A DNA stretch of 64,000 nt from an uncultured bacterium (GTDB lineage Bacteria > UBP4 > UBA4092), in assembly GCA_964644695.1 (NCBI GenBank), contig CAZXWN010000002.1:1-64000 (forward strand), written 5' to 3'. Under the pieces are notes generated by a model. The model worked only from the letters and a program-made list of their open reading frames with translations. It had not been told where the DNA came from and ran no database searches. This document shows, in pieces, positions 27,105 to 36,903 of the stretch (position 1 is the stretch's first letter; each line of letters begins with the position of its first letter). Both the position numbers and the translations under genes were made by a program.

Positions 27105-29966
27105 ATGGCACAAAAAACTTCTCGACACGAAAACAACCTGCAAAAACTTCTTCGCGGTGATGTCGATTTTCGGACACTCACCCGAATTTTATATTCTACT
27201 GATGCGTCAATCTACCAAATCATCCCCCAGGGCGTAGTTTTCCCTAAAGATAATGTCGATGTTTCCCGTCTGGTCCAGTATGCCCGGGATAATGGATTAT
27301 CTCTTCATCCCCGAGGTGCGGGTTCCGGACTTTCCGGGGATTCACTGGGAACAGGATTGATTGTTGATTTTTCCCGATATTATAGACGGATCAGGGAAAT
27401 CAATCCGGATAAGAAATATGCCATTGTAGAACCGGGGATCACTCTGGATGAATTAAACCGTGAAGTAGCGAAATATAATCTGATATTTGGTCCTGACCCT
27501 GCCAGTGGGAATCGTGCCACTTTCGGGGGAATAACGGCCAACAATTCCACCGGTGCCCATTCTCTGAAATATGGGACAACTCGTGACCATCTGGAATCTG
27601 TGGATGTCATCTTATCCGATGGCAGTGTGGCCACTTTCGGGAAAAAGAACCTCTCTGACCTGCCTGCGCCTCTCAAACCCCTGACGGATATTCTTCGAAC
27701 GAATCAGGAAGCCATTGATCGTGGATATCCTGACCAAGTCCGAAATAGTGCCGGTTATTTACTTAAAGGGGTGCTTCAAAACGATACTCTGGATTTGGCA
27801 AAACTGTATGCCGGTTCCGGCGGAACATTATCACTGGCGACCTCTATCACTGTCCGGTTATCTGATAAACCCACCCGTAATGGTCTTTTATTACTTGCAT
27901 TCCGCAGCCTCAAAGAAGCAGGTACGGCAGTTCCGGTATTATTACAAAGTAACCCGTCTTCTCTGGAACTAATTGATGGACAGGTCATCACGATTGCCCG
28001 TAAGGGTGGAAATCCAGAGGTCCAGGCATTATTGCCCCAGGATGCCCAAGCCGTTTTGATTTTGGAGCAGGATGGTGAATCTGACGACGAAGTCTATGAG
28101 AAAATCCAGGGTTCTATCCGCTTGGGTGAATCACTGAAACCGCTGGCATTGAAACCAGCCCTAAAATTATCTGACAAGAACCTTATATGGGCGATCCGTA
28201 AATCAACGACGCCGCTGTTATATAAAAACCCCTTTAATCTGGAGCCGGTAGAATTTATTGATGATGGAGCTATCCCGGCGATCAGATTGCCGGAATATTT
28301 TGACGGGTTGGAAAACATATTCAAGAAACACGAATTACAATGTGCGTTCTATGGCCATGCCGGACATGGTGAATTACATCTCCGTCCCTTTATGGATTTC
28401 AAAAAAGCCGATGACCTTCGAAAGATGGAACAGGTGGCGGATGAATTCTTTGAATTAGTGGTATCCCTGGGCGGGACCATCAGTGGTGAACATGGAGATG
28501 GTTTACTCCGGGCGGGATTTGTTCCGCGCCAGTATCCGGAATTATTCCCCGTATTCAAACAAATCAAAGAAACGCTCGACCCGGAGAATACCTTTAATCC
28601 CGGTAAGAAAATCCCGGCTCCTGACCATAAGATTTCCGATAATCTCCGATATGGTACGACATTCCAGTCCATCGATTTACCTCAGATATTGAACTGGAAA
28701 GGGGATGAACATTCCCATGAAACAGAACGGTGTAACGGATGTGGGGAATGTAAGACGCTCACCCGGGTATGGTCGATGTGTCCGGTGTTCAAGGCCTATC
28801 CTGTTGAACAGGCGGCACCACGAGCCAAGGCCAATCTGATTCGAACCATGATGTCCGGCAGGTTGAGTCTGGAGTATATGACCGATAAAGAATTCAAGCA
28901 GATTGCAGATTTATGCGCTAATTGTAAAATGTGCCATCTGGAATGTCCGTCTGAAGTGAATATCCCCAAACTCATGTTGGAAGCCAGGGCCTACTGGGTC
29001 CATCATCATGGGTTGCCCTTGAAAGACAGATTCCTGACGCTGGCAGATAAACTTTCTATTCCCGCCGGATGGACAGCGCCGGTGTCCAATCAGATGATGG
29101 AAATCAAACCGCTGAGGTTATTAATGCAGACGGTCACGGGAATCCATCGAAATCGGAAATTACCGAAATTCAAATCAACCACTTTCATGCACCAGTATAA
29201 ACAAAGCCGACCACAGGCCATTGAAAATCCCGTGGGCAAAGTGGCTTATTTTGTGGACCAGTTCGCCAACGCTCATGATCCGGAACTGGCCTGGGCGGTC
29301 ATGGATGTTCTCCGGTACAACGATATTGATGTGATTATCCCACCTCAGAGATGGGCGGCAATGCCATCCATTGATTATGGTGACATCAAAGGTGCATTAC
29401 CTACCGTCAAATACAATGTAAAGCATCTGGCGGAGGCTGTGAGAAATGGATACACCATTATTTGTTCGGAACCCACAGCCACCTTGTGTCTGAAGGAAGA
29501 ATATCCGGATGTCCTGGAACATGAAGATGTGAAACTTGTCAGTCAACATTCCATGGATATCATGGATTATCTGACCCAGTTAGATAAACAAGGGAAGTTG
29601 AAAAAGAACTTTAAACCCGTCAATGTATCCTTTGGGTATCATGCCCCCTGTCACTTGAAAGCGCTCAAGATGGGTTACCCGGGAATGGAGCTGGTACAGC
29701 AGATCCCGGGAGTTAAAGTGGAAGCCATTAATCAGGGATGCTGTGGAATTGCCGGGACCTTCGGATTCAAAGCCCGTAATTTTGAGATTTCCATGAAGTC
29801 CGGTGCGCCGTTGTTTGCGGCACTCAAGGCCAGCCATATCCAGTTTGGTTTGAGTGAGTGTTCTACCTGTAAAATGCAGATGGAGCAGGGGAGTGGTAAG
29901 AAAACCATTCACCCCATCAAGGTATTGGCGGCGGCCTGCGGTTACCCCATTATGGAACTCCGATAA
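27105..29966 (+). CDS. FAD-binding / 4Fe-4S / CCG-domain oxidoreductase (YdiJ/GlcD-GlcF-like fusion)
   Basis: PRGAGSGL, GPDPAS, SGEHGDG, CNGCGEC, CANCKMCHLECP, HAPCH and CCG motifs. Confidence 0.92.
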   Translation: MAQKTSRHENNLQKLLRGDVDFRTLTRILYSTDASIYQIIPQGVVFPKDNVDVSRLVQYARDNGLSLHPRGAGSGLSGDSLGTGLIVDFSRYYRRIREINPDKKYAIVEPGITLDELNREVAKYNLIFGPDPASGNRATFGGITANNSTGAHSLKYGTTRDHLESVDVILSDGSVATFGKKNLSDLPAPLKPLTDILRTNQEAIDRGYPDQVRNSAGYLLKGVLQNDTLDLAKLYAGSGGTLSLATSITVRLSDKPTRNGLLLLAFRSLKEAGTAVPVLLQSNPSSLELIDGQVITIARKGGNPEVQALLPQDAQAVLILEQDGESDDEVYEKIQGSIRLGESLKPLALKPALKLSDKNLIWAIRKSTTPLLYKNPFNLEPVEFIDDGAIPAIRLPEYFDGLENIFKKHELQCAFYGHAGHGELHLRPFMDFKKADDLRKMEQVADEFFELVVSLGGTISGEHGDGLLRAGFVPRQYPELFPVFKQIKETLDPENTFNPGKKIPAPDHKISDNLRYGTTFQSIDLPQILNWKGDEHSHETERCNGCGECKTLTRVWSMCPVFKAYPVEQAAPRAKANLIRTMMSGRLSLEYMTDKEFKQIADLCANCKMCHLECPSEVNIPKLMLEARAYWVHHHGLPLKDRFLTLADKLSIPAGWTAPVSNQMMEIKPLRLLMQTVTGIHRNRKLPKFKSTTFMHQYKQSRPQAIENPVGKVAYFVDQFANAHDPELAWAVMDVLRYNDIDVIIPPQRWAAMPSIDYGDIKGALPTVKYNVKHLAEAVRNGYTIICSEPTATLCLKEEYPDVLEHEDVKLVSQHSMDIMDYLTQLDKQGKLKKNFKPVNVSFGYHAPCHLKALKMGYPGMELVQQIPGVKVEAINQGCCGIAGTFGFKARNFEISMKSGAPLFAALKASHIQFGLSECSTCKMQMEQGSGKKTIHPIKVLAAACGYPIMELR

Positions 29967-30079
29967 TCGGAATTTTCTGACCTGTATTACTTAACAGGAT
30001 ATCTCCTCATTTATAACCTCCAGGACCCATTCGGGATTGTATTTCCCGTGTAAAAATGGTTTGGTGAAACGGTTTTCGG

Positions 30080-30137
30080 ACTGTATCATCCACGGAGCTG
30101 CTCGGACCAAATCCGTACCCTCTTCGTTTCTGGTTCG
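30080..30137. repeat. Family A palindromic element, copy 2 (right arm degraded)
   Basis: TCCACGGAGCTGCTCGGA at 30089-30106 is identical to 50090-50107. Confidence 0.75.
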
Positions 30138-30218
30138 TTTGTGGGATTTTTCGGGGATATAGATTTGATTTGAGGGATATGAATTTCGAGGGGGACTGAT
30201 TTGAGAGGGCAGGTGGGT

Positions 30219-30665
30219 TTATTCGGGAATGGTTTCGGGGATGACCGGACGGATGTAACGATTTACATAATCTTCCGGGAGTTGAGCGTCCTGTAATCCT
30301 TTATTCATTCTCTCGATGTATTCGGGTTTGGGGGAACCTTCCTGGATGTCAGGATTGGAATCCAGATAGACGAGAGCCCGGCAGTCCTCACCATTCACCA
30401 GAACATTGACATATTCTTTGATGAAATGACCCACATCCACTCCCTCATATTTATCCATGACGGCTTCATCCTCAGGCGTGAGGGCATACACGATACCATA
30501 CACTTCATCGTTTTCAGAGGGGATGAGGTTGGCATATCCCCGCTCCGTGATGTACCACCGATACCCTTTCAAGACACCCTGACCAACGATCCGATGGCCA
30601 GGACAACGGTTTTTCATTTGGTCCCGCCACAGATTCGATCCATACGCAAAACATAGATTGAACAT
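30219..30665 (-). CDS. Gamma-glutamylcyclotransferase family protein
   Basis: FAYGSNL, VYGIVY, MDKYEG, P..EY. Confidence 0.88.
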   Translation of the reverse strand: MFNLCFAYGSNLWRDQMKNRCPGHRIVGQGVLKGYRWYITERGYANLIPSENDEVYGIVYALTPEDEAVMDKYEGVDVGHFIKEYVNVLVNGEDCRALVYLDSNPDIQEGSPKPEYIERMNKGLQDAQLPEDYVNRYIRPVIPETIPE

Positions 30666-30863
30666 GAAATAATGCTCCTCATTACCAGGATAATGAACTT
30701 ATCTATCCGGTTTTTATAAAACAGTCCTCATAAGATAATTTTATACAGGGGGTTGATTGGATGGGGAATAAAGGTCTTGTTGAAGTCCCAGGAAAACAGA
30801 CCGGATATCGGTGCGTGCATACAGTAAGTTATTATGGTTTTCCCAAAATATATATCTCATATT

Positions 30864-32294
30864 TTATTTTTTCCTATGGGTTTTGGGCTTGGGAAATTCT
30901 ACAACTTTACCTATTCCATCAAAAATCGCTTTTCGACACGCCTTTTGAAAGGGCATATCTTTATTTTCACTAAGATATTTTGCTATGAAAAATAAATCAG
31001 ATGTTTTTACTAATGCAATTTTGTCACGATTAGCTCCAGATTTACATTTTTTTGTAAAATCTAAATCTCTTTTATTTAGCTCTAGCAATCTCTGAGGATT
31101 GCCAAATAATATTCCAAATGCTTTTTCTTCAAGTTTAGATATATCAAAATCTGCATTTATTGAATCTACTAACTGCCTGTATTTGTTTATATCAATATCT
31201 TTATTGTCTTTTCCTTCACATTCACCAATATACCGAACTCCTTCAGAGCTAGTCATGACAATATCCAACTCAAGGGTTCCATCATCGTAATGTTCTGCAT
31301 TATAACCTAATAATTGAACAGCTTTCATTACAGCATTTTCTAATGGTTTCCCTTGTTCGTAGAGTAAATCCTTTAATATGATTTCCTTTTCTAATTCTGC
31401 CTCAATTGTTTCTACATCTTTCTTAATTTTATTAATTGTTTCTAACTTATCTTTAATATCGTTTCTTAGTTCAGTTTCTTTTTTGGTAGAAAATGTTTCA
31501 TCTGAAACCCAAGCTGGTGGTGGGGTCTTGTTTGATGTGGTTCTTAAGGCTTTATCTATCTCAATTAAATTACTAATTAAATTGCCGCCGAAAGCGCCAG
31601 CTTCATTAGTCCAATATTCAGTTTCTTCACCATTTCCATCTATTATTGTTTCGGTGAAAACATTTTCATCATAAGATATGTTCGGTAACGCTACTAAGTG
31701 ACCTGGCCCAACCTTATAGATTGCGCCAAGAATTTTGCTTTTATCTTTTCCTGTGAAAATTGCTGTTCCATTGGGAGGAATATCTTCTATATACACTTCG
31801 TAATTCATGTATGATTTGAAATTGTTGTAGAAGTTTTTAAACAATGGATTCCCTGTGAATAAGACCTCATTGCCTTTTGCGGAATTAATTGTACCTATGC
31901 TAAAAGGGAGAAATGTATAACAGTGAGAGTCCTCGACAATAATAGTTGTTTGAGTGTTTTTTCCTATATCTGAGTGTGTTCTTTTACCTGTATCTAAATA
32001 GAATATTTCTTTGTCAGAGAGTAATAGAAATATTGTTTTTCCGGCCTTGAGTGAGTCACTAATTTCTTTCTTCCAATGATTCATATCTGCAGTTAATTGG
32101 AATGAACCATCAGGTCCATAGCAATAATTTCCTTGATATCTACCGTCATTCACTTCTGATAGCTGATAATAGGGTATTTTAGGCACGAAAAGAATAATGT
32201 CGGCATCCATTAAAGCATTTTTAGATTTAAAATCAATATGTTTCTCAAAATTTTCAGGGATGACATATCCAACTGTGAATATTTTTGGATTCAT
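30864..32294 (-). CDS. AT-rich hypothetical protein with central coiled coil and C-terminal restriction-endonuclease-like domain
   Basis: 476-aa ORF. LE..V...LLGY...ELDIV...IGECEGKD resembles an Mrr-type PD-(D/E)xK core. Confidence 0.6.
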   Translation of the reverse strand: MNPKIFTVGYVIPENFEKHIDFKSKNALMDADIILFVPKIPYYQLSEVNDGRYQGNYCYGPDGSFQLTADMNHWKKEISDSLKAGKTIFLLLSDKEIFYLDTGKRTHSDIGKNTQTTIIVEDSHCYTFLPFSIGTINSAKGNEVLFTGNPLFKNFYNNFKSYMNYEVYIEDIPPNGTAIFTGKDKSKILGAIYKVGPGHLVALPNISYDENVFTETIIDGNGEETEYWTNEAGAFGGNLISNLIEIDKALRTTSNKTPPPAWVSDETFSTKKETELRNDIKDKLETINKIKKDVETIEAELEKEIILKDLLYEQGKPLENAVMKAVQLLGYNAEHYDDGTLELDIVMTSSEGVRYIGECEGKDNKDIDINKYRQLVDSINADFDISKLEEKAFGILFGNPQRLLELNKRDLDFTKKCKSGANRDKIALVKTSDLFFIAKYLSENKDMPFQKACRKAIFDGIGKVVEFPKPKTHRKK

Positions 32295-32598
32295 ATAATT
32301 ACTGCCAGATTATTTAGTTAACTCTCTGAGCTCTCCTTATCTCAATTTTTAATTTCATCTGAAAAATCTGTTATACCAATGTAGATGTTTTTCTTATTCA
32401 TCTTTGAAGTTCAGTTTTTAAGAGGATTGCTTTTGATATTTTTATAATCATTCAGAATCGCTATTAGAAATAATTTTTAAAATCTCCTGTTATTCAACAT
32501 AAGTATAATACTGTTAGACCTTTAGGAAAAGAGCGGAATAATTGGGAGCTTTTGGATATTATTATCAATTAATGCCGCAGGTCTCAACCTCACAAAAC

Positions 32599-32664
32599 AC
32601 AAGGGTGTTGTGACTGTGTCGGGAAGGTGGACACCGCTGGAGGATGTTATGGGGGAAGATATTT
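32599..32664. repeat. Dispersed intergenic element family B, copy 2
   Basis: Ungapped match to 655-720, with blocks of 10/11, 13/14 and 9/10 identical nt. Confidence 0.6.
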
Positions 32665-32841
32665 ACACGACTGGCAAACGGCCAGAATGTACTTTGAAAA
32701 TTAAATCTGAACTAAAAATTCAAATATCTTTATGATAAAATCTTGTTTTGGCTCAAAGGCAATAAAAGATATTATGCCAGGATATCCCTCCAGGCCGAGG
32801 AGAGAATTCTGCTATTTATTGTCCTGAGGAGACACAAGATC

Positions 32842-34218
32842 ATGGGGTTACATCCAAAACAGAAAGTTGCTTTAACATCGGTCCTTGCTGCCGTCTTATT
32901 AACTGGTCTTAAACTCGTTGTAGGTCTGGTAACAGGTTCACTGGGTATCATCGCTGAAGCTGCCCATTCCGGGCTTGATCTGGGTGCGGCATTAATGACT
33001 TATTTTGCCGTCCGAATTGGAGACAAACCTCCAGATAAGGAACATCCCTACGGTCACGAGAAGTTTGAATCCCTGTCGGCATTAATGGAAGTCTTACTTC
33101 TTCTTCTGACCTGCGGCTGGATTATCTATGAGGCCGTCCACCGGTTATTATCGGGTCAAGTGGAGATTGAGAAGAACTTCATCTGGATTGCCATCGGGGT
33201 AATGTTGATTTCCATTATTGTGGATATCGGCCGGTCCCGTGCGTTAGCCAAAGCTGCCCGGAAATATAAAAGCCAGGCCCTTGAAGCCGATGCCCTCCAT
33301 TTTTCCAGTGATATCTGGAGCTCAGCCGTTGTTATTATCGGTTTACTCTGTGTAAGATTCGGATTTCCGGTTGCGGATGCCATCTCTGCTCTATTTGTCG
33401 CAGTCTGGGTCTTGATTGTCAGTGTGCGGCTGGCTAAACAGACTATTGATGTTCTTTTGGATACAGCGGCCCACCCGGGTGATGTTCAAACCGTTCAGGA
33501 TATCGTTTCTCATACGGAAGGTATTATCCGTGTTTGTGGATTACGCGTCCGCCATGCCGGCCCCAAAATGTTTATTGATATGACAGTAAAGGTGCGCCGA
33601 ACCTTGAACCTGGAACAGGCTCATGAAGTCGTGGATTCCGCGGAAGCCCAGGTCCAGAAAAAGTTCCCTAAAGCCGATATTGTCATGCACATCGAACCGG
33701 ATGTCACTCCTGATGAAAATATTCTGGATAAGGTTCGTATGGAAGCGGCGGCTCTGAATATGCCAGCTCATAATATTTCAGCCCGTCAGGTGGACGGGAA
33801 ACTCAATATCCAGTTTGATTTAGAGTTTGATAAGAATTTATCCTTTGAAGAAGCCCACCGGCTGGCGACTACCCTGGAAGAGAATATTTCCCAGACCCTT
33901 CCCGATTGTGGCGAGGTAACAGCTCATTTGGAGATTCAAGACCCGGAAGTTGAAACCGGCCTGAATGTGACGGATCATCAGGACCATCTGGTACGGGCCA
34001 TCGCCTGGTCTGCGGCTTCGGTGGATTCTGTCAAAGATTGTCATAAGGTGATTATCCACCAAATTGGCGATAAATTGACAGCAACATTACATTGCCATAT
34101 GGATAAGGGGCTTTCCCTGGGAGATGTTCATACCATCTCATCCAGGATCGAACAGCAAGTCCTGGCGGATACACCTCAAATACATGACTTGATTATCCAC
34201 TGCGAACCCATCGAATAA
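32842..34218 (+). CDS. Cation diffusion facilitator (FieF-like) with three tandem C-terminal dimerisation domains
   Basis: AAHSGLD, HPYGHEK and ALHFSSD, then three AH...H.EP-type repeats. Start set at ATG 32842 after GAGGAG. Confidence 0.9.
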   Translation: MGLHPKQKVALTSVLAAVLLTGLKLVVGLVTGSLGIIAEAAHSGLDLGAALMTYFAVRIGDKPPDKEHPYGHEKFESLSALMEVLLLLLTCGWIIYEAVHRLLSGQVEIEKNFIWIAIGVMLISIIVDIGRSRALAKAARKYKSQALEADALHFSSDIWSSAVVIIGLLCVRFGFPVADAISALFVAVWVLIVSVRLAKQTIDVLLDTAAHPGDVQTVQDIVSHTEGIIRVCGLRVRHAGPKMFIDMTVKVRRTLNLEQAHEVVDSAEAQVQKKFPKADIVMHIEPDVTPDENILDKVRMEAAALNMPAHNISARQVDGKLNIQFDLEFDKNLSFEEAHRLATTLEENISQTLPDCGEVTAHLEIQDPEVETGLNVTDHQDHLVRAIAWSAASVDSVKDCHKVIIHQIGDKLTATLHCHMDKGLSLGDVHTISSRIEQQVLADTPQIHDLIIHCEPIE

Positions 34219-34230
34219 ATAACCCGATAT

Positions 34231-34275
34231 AAAAAAAGAGGGAACCCCTTTTTACGGGATTCCCTCTTATCTTTT
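34231..34275. terminator. Bidirectional intrinsic terminator
   Basis: AAGAGGGAA.CCC/GGG.TTCCCTCTT with A/T tracts, between convergent genes. Confidence 0.8.
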
Positions 34276-34285
34276 CAGTGGGCAA

Positions 34286-36850
34286 TTAGCCCATGATTAC
34301 TTCGATTTGATGTTTGGTCCGTTTCTTGAAGATAGGAATGATTTTTCCTTCTAACGGTTGACCATCAACAGTGATGGATTTCACACCCTTGCTGACGTGA
34401 TTCGGGTTCTTGACGGTAATGTCATAAGTCACACCACGGAATACCCGTTTGAATTTGAAACCGTCCCATGCCTTCGGGATACACGGATCGACGGTGAGTC
34501 CGTCATATTCAGCACGGACACCACAGATGAAGCACAGTCCATCATGTAACATCCAGGCGGCGGTCCCAGTCAGCCAGGAATGGCAGGATTGCCCCATGGT
34601 CGGATGGTCAGGACTGGTGACATATTCAGCATACACATACGGCTCAACTTCATAGAGGTCTTCATCAGCAGGATTGAATTTGCCCCATTGAGTATCCACT
34701 TCACCCGGGAGGGCAGCTCCACGATCCTTCATGGAATTCTGAAGCGCAGGAGGAAGGGCTTTCTTGTAATATTCAAAGGCCTGGTCGCCGCGTCCCAGTA
34801 ATAATTCAGCCAGGATGCACCATGTGACCGGATGATTGAATACCGCGCCATTTTCCTTCTTGCCCTGAACGCAGCGAGTGGCCAGACCAATATTCGGATT
34901 GACCTTGGAATAGGCAGGATGCAGAATCTTGGGTCCTTTCGGAGTGTCCAGATGTTTCTTCACTGAATCCATGCACATAATGGCACGGTCACCTTTGGCA
35001 ACGCCGGAAATGACAGCCCAACTCTGGGCATTACCGAAGATTTTACCTTCTTCACACTTGGCAGACCCGATGATTTCGCCCAGGTCGTTTGTACCACGCC
35101 AGTACCATTCACCATCCCAGCAGATATCATTGATACGCTGGCTGAGCTTGGCATATTCATCTTTATAGAATGCCAGTTTCTCATCAAGATTAATGCCTCT
35201 GATGCCTTTCTTGATGTCATCTCTCTTCATTGTTTCAAAGAGGGCAATGGTTTCCTTGAGGGCATAAGCCAGATATAAGGCAACCCAGGTGGTTTCACCT
35301 TTGCCATCACGGCCGAGATAGTCCAAAGTGTCATTCCAGTCGCCAGGACCAAATTTCGGAAGACCACGGGCGGTGCAGTCACCAATGACATAATCGAGAT
35401 TTCCGCACAGGTGTTTTAAAACAGAGGCTTTGCCTTTTTCTTCACGATAGGGCGGTTGTTCAATTTTGAAGCCGAGGACTTCTGCCAGAATGGACCAGTC
35501 GCCGGTCTCCTTAATGTACTGACAGCAAGCTACCGGGAACCACAGAGGAGTATCGGAATGGCCGGTTCGTTCACCGCCTCCAGAGATGGGGAAGTAACAA
35601 TGCATGACAGAACCATTTTTGAACTGGTGACGACCCATTTCCAGGATTCGTTCACGGACTACATCTGGTTCATACATAACTGGACCGAGCATATCCTGAC
35701 AACTGTCACGATAACCACGACCGAACATCAATCCGCCATGGTGATAGGAAGCATTTCGTGAGAAGTTAAAGGTGGTTTTGTTCTGGTATTGATTCCAGAC
35801 ATTCATCATTAAGTTAAATTCCGGATCCGGAGTTTCAACCTGTGCCCGCTGGAGATAATCTTTCCACCAGGCTTTGAGTTTGGCTAATTCTTCATCGGCG
35901 GTTTTAACATCGGTGTATTTTTTGACCAGGGGCAATGAGAGGGTCCGATAGGATTTCTCAGAGAGGTCACCTTTGGCACCGGTCGGTAATTCTTCCAGTT
36001 TATCCACCACACCCATTACCACGACAAAATCAATAGTCTGGCCGGGGTTTAGTGTGATTTCATTCTGGATGGCGCCCACTGCATCTCCAGAGGTGATTTC
36101 AGTGTTGCGGCAGTTTCCTTCTTCAATGGCGATGGGGTTTTGTTCAGAACGCCATTTTCCGATGTATTTGTTCTTAGAACCGTCAAATCCACTGATGGGA
36201 AGTGTATTGGACAAGAATACCCATTTGTTCCAGGGTTTATTCGGCTGTTTTACAGTTACGCCGGAATAGGTTACCCAATACCGTTTGGTGGCATACAGGG
36301 TATTGTCATCTTTGATGAAATGTACATCATTGAAGTGCTGGTCGTTGGGTTGATTAATCAGGTCTACCAGCGCATGACCGAGGCATAACTCGACATAGGA
36401 AAATACGGAGAGTTTCCGGACTTTGTCGGTTTTATTGGTCAAAGACACCCGCCAGAGTTCCAAATCATCCTGTAGAGGAATGAAATAAGTGATATTGCTA
36501 CGGATACCCTTGTATTCTTCAGTGATGGAGGTGTATCCCAGACCATGATGACATTCATAAAGGTCCAGTTTTTTGGGGGTAGGCTGCCAGCTCAATGACC
36601 AGTAATCGCCATCTTCGGCATCCCGGAGGTAAACATATTTACCGGGTCTATCCCAGGGAAGGCCATTATAACGCCACCGTGTAATACGGCTGTCTTTGGG
36701 TGACTGGTAGAAGCTATATCCACCGCCGACATTGGTTATCATGGCGTGGTAGTTCTTGTTGGTCAGATAATTGACCCACGGTGCTGGAGTGTCTGGACGG
36801 GTAACGATGTACTCCATACCGTCTTTAGAGAAATATCCATACTTGCTCAT
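34286..36850 (-). CDS. GH94 glycoside phosphorylase (cellobiose/chitobiose phosphorylase-like)
   Basis: TPAPWVNYL, RGYRDSCQD, GDWND, KENGAVFNH, SWLTGTAAW. Confidence 0.93.
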   Translation of the reverse strand: MSKYGYFSKDGMEYIVTRPDTPAPWVNYLTNKNYHAMITNVGGGYSFYQSPKDSRITRWRYNGLPWDRPGKYVYLRDAEDGDYWSLSWQPTPKKLDLYECHHGLGYTSITEEYKGIRSNITYFIPLQDDLELWRVSLTNKTDKVRKLSVFSYVELCLGHALVDLINQPNDQHFNDVHFIKDDNTLYATKRYWVTYSGVTVKQPNKPWNKWVFLSNTLPISGFDGSKNKYIGKWRSEQNPIAIEEGNCRNTEITSGDAVGAIQNEITLNPGQTIDFVVVMGVVDKLEELPTGAKGDLSEKSYRTLSLPLVKKYTDVKTADEELAKLKAWWKDYLQRAQVETPDPEFNLMMNVWNQYQNKTTFNFSRNASYHHGGLMFGRGYRDSCQDMLGPVMYEPDVVRERILEMGRHQFKNGSVMHCYFPISGGGERTGHSDTPLWFPVACCQYIKETGDWSILAEVLGFKIEQPPYREEKGKASVLKHLCGNLDYVIGDCTARGLPKFGPGDWNDTLDYLGRDGKGETTWVALYLAYALKETIALFETMKRDDIKKGIRGINLDEKLAFYKDEYAKLSQRINDICWDGEWYWRGTNDLGEIIGSAKCEEGKIFGNAQSWAVISGVAKGDRAIMCMDSVKKHLDTPKGPKILHPAYSKVNPNIGLATRCVQGKKENGAVFNHPVTWCILAELLLGRGDQAFEYYKKALPPALQNSMKDRGAALPGEVDTQWGKFNPADEDLYEVEPYVYAEYVTSPDHPTMGQSCHSWLTGTAAWMLHDGLCFICGVRAEYDGLTVDPCIPKAWDGFKFKRVFRGVTYDITVKNPNHVSKGVKSITVDGQPLEGKIIPIFKKRTKHQIEVIMG

Positions 36851-36903
36851 AGGTGCTCCTTTTTCGAAATCGTGGAACTAATTATTATATCGAGAAATTG
36901 CGT

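Noticed and set aside
30161-30215. Short degenerate direct repeats (GATTTGAG-like, three times)
   Set aside because: Too short and degenerate to distinguish from chance in a G/T-rich gap.
32599-32664. IS3-family terminal inverted repeat
   Set aside because: GTGGACACC and GGGGAAGAT recall IS3-type ends, but their relative orientation does not fit one end, and no transposase remnant is adjacent.
32743-32841. Metal-sensing riboswitch or N-terminal extension before the CDF gene
   Set aside because: No recognisable NiCo, yybP-ykoY or fluoride consensus by eye. The SD site supports ATG 32842.
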